A DNA stretch of 64,000 bases, from contig NW_027362763.1 of assembly GCF_046119375.1 (NCBI RefSeq), positions 903,650,001 to 903,714,000 on the forward strand, given 5' to 3'. A model generated the notes under the pieces. That model searched no databases, was not told the origin of the DNA, and worked only from the letters and a program-made list of their open reading frames with translations. The stretch is from Phyllobates terribilis (Eukaryota). Shown piece by piece: positions 60,330 through 64,000 of this stretch (the first letter of the stretch is position 1; every line of letters begins with the position of its first letter). Position numbers and translations under genes: made by a program.

Positions 60330-61549
60330 TAATAGTTTTATTCCTTTTGTTCTATAATCCGCGCCTCAAAGCCATACGCTACCAGAAATCAGGCCTCCAG
60401 TCAGCCTATAAAAAAACTACTGGTGGTGTCAGCTAATAATCTTTCTTGGGATACCGTGGAATTCGTAGTGACCGTATCGGAGGTATATACATATAATCCA
60501 GGAGTTGGAATCAGAGATGTATATAATATACACTCACTGTTAGTGCAAACAGTATGCTACCTACTCCGTTAATCATCGGCCAATTGTGTAATTGTCCAGA
60601 CAATAGGGGACAGCAGAGAGCGGTTCGCTCCAAAGATAACAGCATGGTGGATCTGTGTGAACTCCCAGGCTGATATTCTTGACAACCGTAAACGAAAAAA
60701 ATTCAAGAACACCAAAATTTAGGTTTTTTTGGTCGCTACAATACCAGAAGAAATGCTGTAACAAGCTATCAAAACGTCACATCTAGCCCAACATGGTATC
60801 AATAAAAACATCATTTCGCCCCACAAAATATTAGTTGTCACACAGCTCCATCAACTGAAAAATAAAAATGTTACGAGTGTCAGAAAATGGCAACACAACC
60901 CCAAATTTTTTTGCAAACTTCTGATTTCTTTTCCCACTAAAATAATAAAAAAAATAGACATGTTTGGTATTGCTGCAATTGAACTGATAAGCAGAATAAT
61001 ACTACAAGGTCATTTTTACCACAAAATGTACAATGTAAAAACAATGCCCCAAAAACAATGTCAGAATTGCGTTTTTTCACAATTTTTCCCTACTTGGAAT
61101 TTTTTCCTGCTTTCCAGTACATTATGTGGTAAAACTAATTGTGTCATTCAATACAAGCTGTCGTGCAAAAACAAACACTCATATATCTATGTAGACAGAA
61201 AAATAAAGACATTATGGTTCTGGGAAGAAGGGGAGGAAAAAACGAAAATGCAGAAATGGAAATTGGTTGTGTCTTGAAGGGGTTAAAGATGAAATATTAC
61301 CAAAATTGTAATTCAGCCTTTACATTTCACAGCAGGTTTGGTAAATACAAAGGTTTAAAAGACAAAGAATTCTATGCATGATGTAAAGGACAGTTTATCC
61401 TCATGATGAAATGAAAAGTAAAAAATAAACTTGACATTCCACTTACAAATTTCATTATGATGCATCTTTAAGTGATACTACCTGTTATGCAGCTATTACT
61501 CAAAGTAACTCATAATTAACTTCTCCAAGTTTCTGGTAGTCAAGTAATG

Positions 61550-62567
61550 TGACTCGCCCCCTGGGCCGTAGGGCACCCGGAACCGGGCTTCAGTGCAATG
61601 TTGGGGGTAGTAGTGGCAACCCGATCCCGTGGCTCACGGTGGTCAGACCAGATGCTGTGGCAGTCTATTTGTAGGGTTTTGAATGTCTGACTACGCCACC
61701 CGTGGATTGCGGTCAGGGATGACCGCCGCTGCAAGGCAGACCGCTGTGGCTGATGTTGGTATGCAGCACAGGGATAGGATAACTCCCCACGAGAAGAGTG
61801 TAACCTCAGGGCAATGTAATAGGATGCTGTGGGTGATGGTGCAAGCCGCAATAATAAGGGTTCAGAGTCTGCTTCAAACAGTCCAGGGTCTTTATTGTAG
61901 TTAGTACTAATGACCCAACAGGAGTACAGGGTAGGAATGGGCCTGGGTGTCTGAGCGCATTCGGGCGAGCCCCACTGGTCAGGGTGAGTGGGTAGGCCTA
62001 CCGTTCTCTCTCTGCCCTTGCTGACTATCCCCCTTTTCGTGGTGTGATAGCCCACGTCCCTGAGCTGGCCATGGACTACGCCTGCATGGCTTGCGACTCG
62101 GGTCTTAGGTACCTGTTGCTTCTCCGTGCTGTACCAGTCCCTCTGTGTGGCGGAGCCTCCAGGCTTCTCAGGCCAAGGGACCTGAAATCCCTCGCAGGTT
62201 GGTTATCTGCTGCCGGGCTTGCAACCCTGACAGCCTCGGAACCCAGTGTCCGGTTGTGTAGTTCTCTCTCAGCCAGGAACGGCTCTCGTCGCCTCTGTCC
62301 GTGGCTTGCTGTTCCTCCTCTGCCTCCCGGACTCCTCAGCTGCTGCTGACCTGTCCCTTTCCTCTGGGAACCCTTCTGGATGCTTCAGAAGTGGGTCCTG
62401 GTCTCTCTAACCCTGCCCTCAGTTCCAGCTTTTATAGGGGCAGCCTGCTCCCCCTACTGGCCTGGGACAGGAGGTGCTGCATGCTAATGGTCCCTAACCA
62501 GAGAACGTCCCTCCTGCTCTCAGACACAGCCTTTAATATTTGTGGCATCCAGGCCTGAGGTGACACA
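61550..62567 (-). mobile_element. Solo LTR (1,018 bp), same subfamily as 49843-50867
   Basis: Minus strand TGTGTCACC...GGGCGAGTCA, TSD AATG; long similarity to the 49843 copy. Confidence 0.88.
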
Positions 62568-64000
62568 AATGCAATGAAATATCTTAGGTGGCTGAAAGGG
62601 TCAAAGAGAGCTGAAAAGGGCTATAATAATGACACTAACCAAATATGTTAAACTGGACATATCTAGCTGTAATGCAAATTGTCCTCCATTTAGAAGAAAA
62701 CATATTCTTCTTAGTCCAATATTGATGAGATACTTTCTAATTGTGTCAAACTGTGTGTTTTAAAACAAATTTTCAATTTTTGGCCTTTGATGTTGAAAAT
62801 TTTTAGTTTTATAAAAATAGATTATGGTTACCAAAGAATGGATGTAAACATTAGAGTCTAAGCTACTCTGAACTTTGACTACAGGAAAGCACCTAAAATG
62901 TCTAAAATCGGGCGAGTCTTCATAGTATGTGAAAATGAACAAAGGCTGCCAAATCAAATTTTATTTTAGTGTGTTCCCATCACATCATCAGCACTAGATG
63001 ATTCCATCTGCCTTTTAGCTTCTCAAAGAAAATAGCAAAAAACTAAATGGATCCATTGTATCTCTGTGCAAATTAATCAAGTGGTCATAGTTTCTGAATG
63101 TAGGATACAATGAAAGCCCTATTGAAAAGCCTGGTTGAATAATTTGCCCACACCAAGCTGTCATTCTTTGAGCTCTCGTCATTTCTTTCTTCTTTGGAGT
63201 CAGAGATCTGGCTGACCAAGTAAGAAATATGGAGATGTCATCATTAGTGGCATCTTTCTCTAGCATTTCTGTAGTGTTAAGGCAGTTTCGAAATGTTACT
63301 CTTTTTCCGTTTTCAAGCGGTCAACATGTCTTCTCTCAGCTTTTATTTTGAGTCAACATACTGGAAAATAGTAATTAAAATATAACCGGAACAGAAGAAC
63401 CTTAGTAGAATGTATAATAATGATTCAATTGGATTATAATAAAATTAGAGACCTCTTAATACTACATGTAATGCTCCATGAAAGTTGTTTTCACTGCTGA
63501 GAGTGTGCACTCCATGGGTTACATCCTAGAATCCAATGAAAGTCTAACAGAATTTAATAATTTTGCCCAAAACATTAAAAATACAAACCATAGAAAAACA
63601 GTAAATATCCTGCTGTTGTATTTAATTGACTTATTTTGCAGTATATGTTTTGTTAATCTTGCCAACAATTTGTACACATAACAAAAATTATGCATTATAA
63701 ACTTATAATAGCAAAACCTGGCAATCATTTATAAATCTTTAGAAAACTTTGGAGGCATTCGTTGGAAACTCAGAATCATTGAGGCACAGTGATGCATTGA
63801 CATTTTTTTCCCCTTTTTTTATATACATAACTTGTTTCTGAAAAGGAAAATCATAAAAGGAGCAATCTGTGATTATCAGCAGGGGCGTATCAATCGCAGT
63901 CGCATAGGGTGTGAACGCGACTGGGTTGTGCAGTTTGGGGGCTCACTGATGCCAGCATCTATTTTAGGTGGATGTATGTCTGGGTATACACATTCAGCTG

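Noticed and set aside
63015-63266. 83-aa minus-strand ORF as first exon of the receptor
   Set aside because: It has no signal-peptide character and no usable phase-1 donor.

Overview
This is eukaryotic DNA, inferred from the repeat content to be amphibian (anuran). The window holds the 5' extracellular-domain part of one minus-strand adhesion GPCR of the ADGRG6(GPR126)/ADGRG2 type. Its exons are a CUB exon, a pentraxin exon, a 69-bp Cys exon, three related Ser/Thr-rich mini-exons and one giant 2,670-bp exon; all are phase 1-1 with canonical AG/GT ends. The introns are packed with transposons: two Tc1/mariner copies, an L2-type LINE tail, SINEs, MITEs, a pogo-like element carrying a 30-bp minisatellite, and a 3.9-kb Helitron-like element filled with CCAAT-box hairpins. 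The standout feature is a family of young LTR retroelements, present as two full-length copies (21191-25838 and 30135-35098) and three related solo LTRs. The full-length copies have TG...CA LTRs, 4-bp target-site duplications (TSDs), a tRNA-Ser primer-binding site (PBS) and a polypurine tract (PPT). They show no recognisable gag, protease, RT or integrase. Instead each carries one long ORF ending in a cold-shock (Y-box/Lin28-type) RNA-binding domain, and that domain is under strong purifying selection between the two copies. The family also shares several unusual cis signals: a second PBS-like motif inside U5, a covarying terminal hairpin, and five phased GGCGGGAA motifs. All comparisons were made by eye and no database searches were run.
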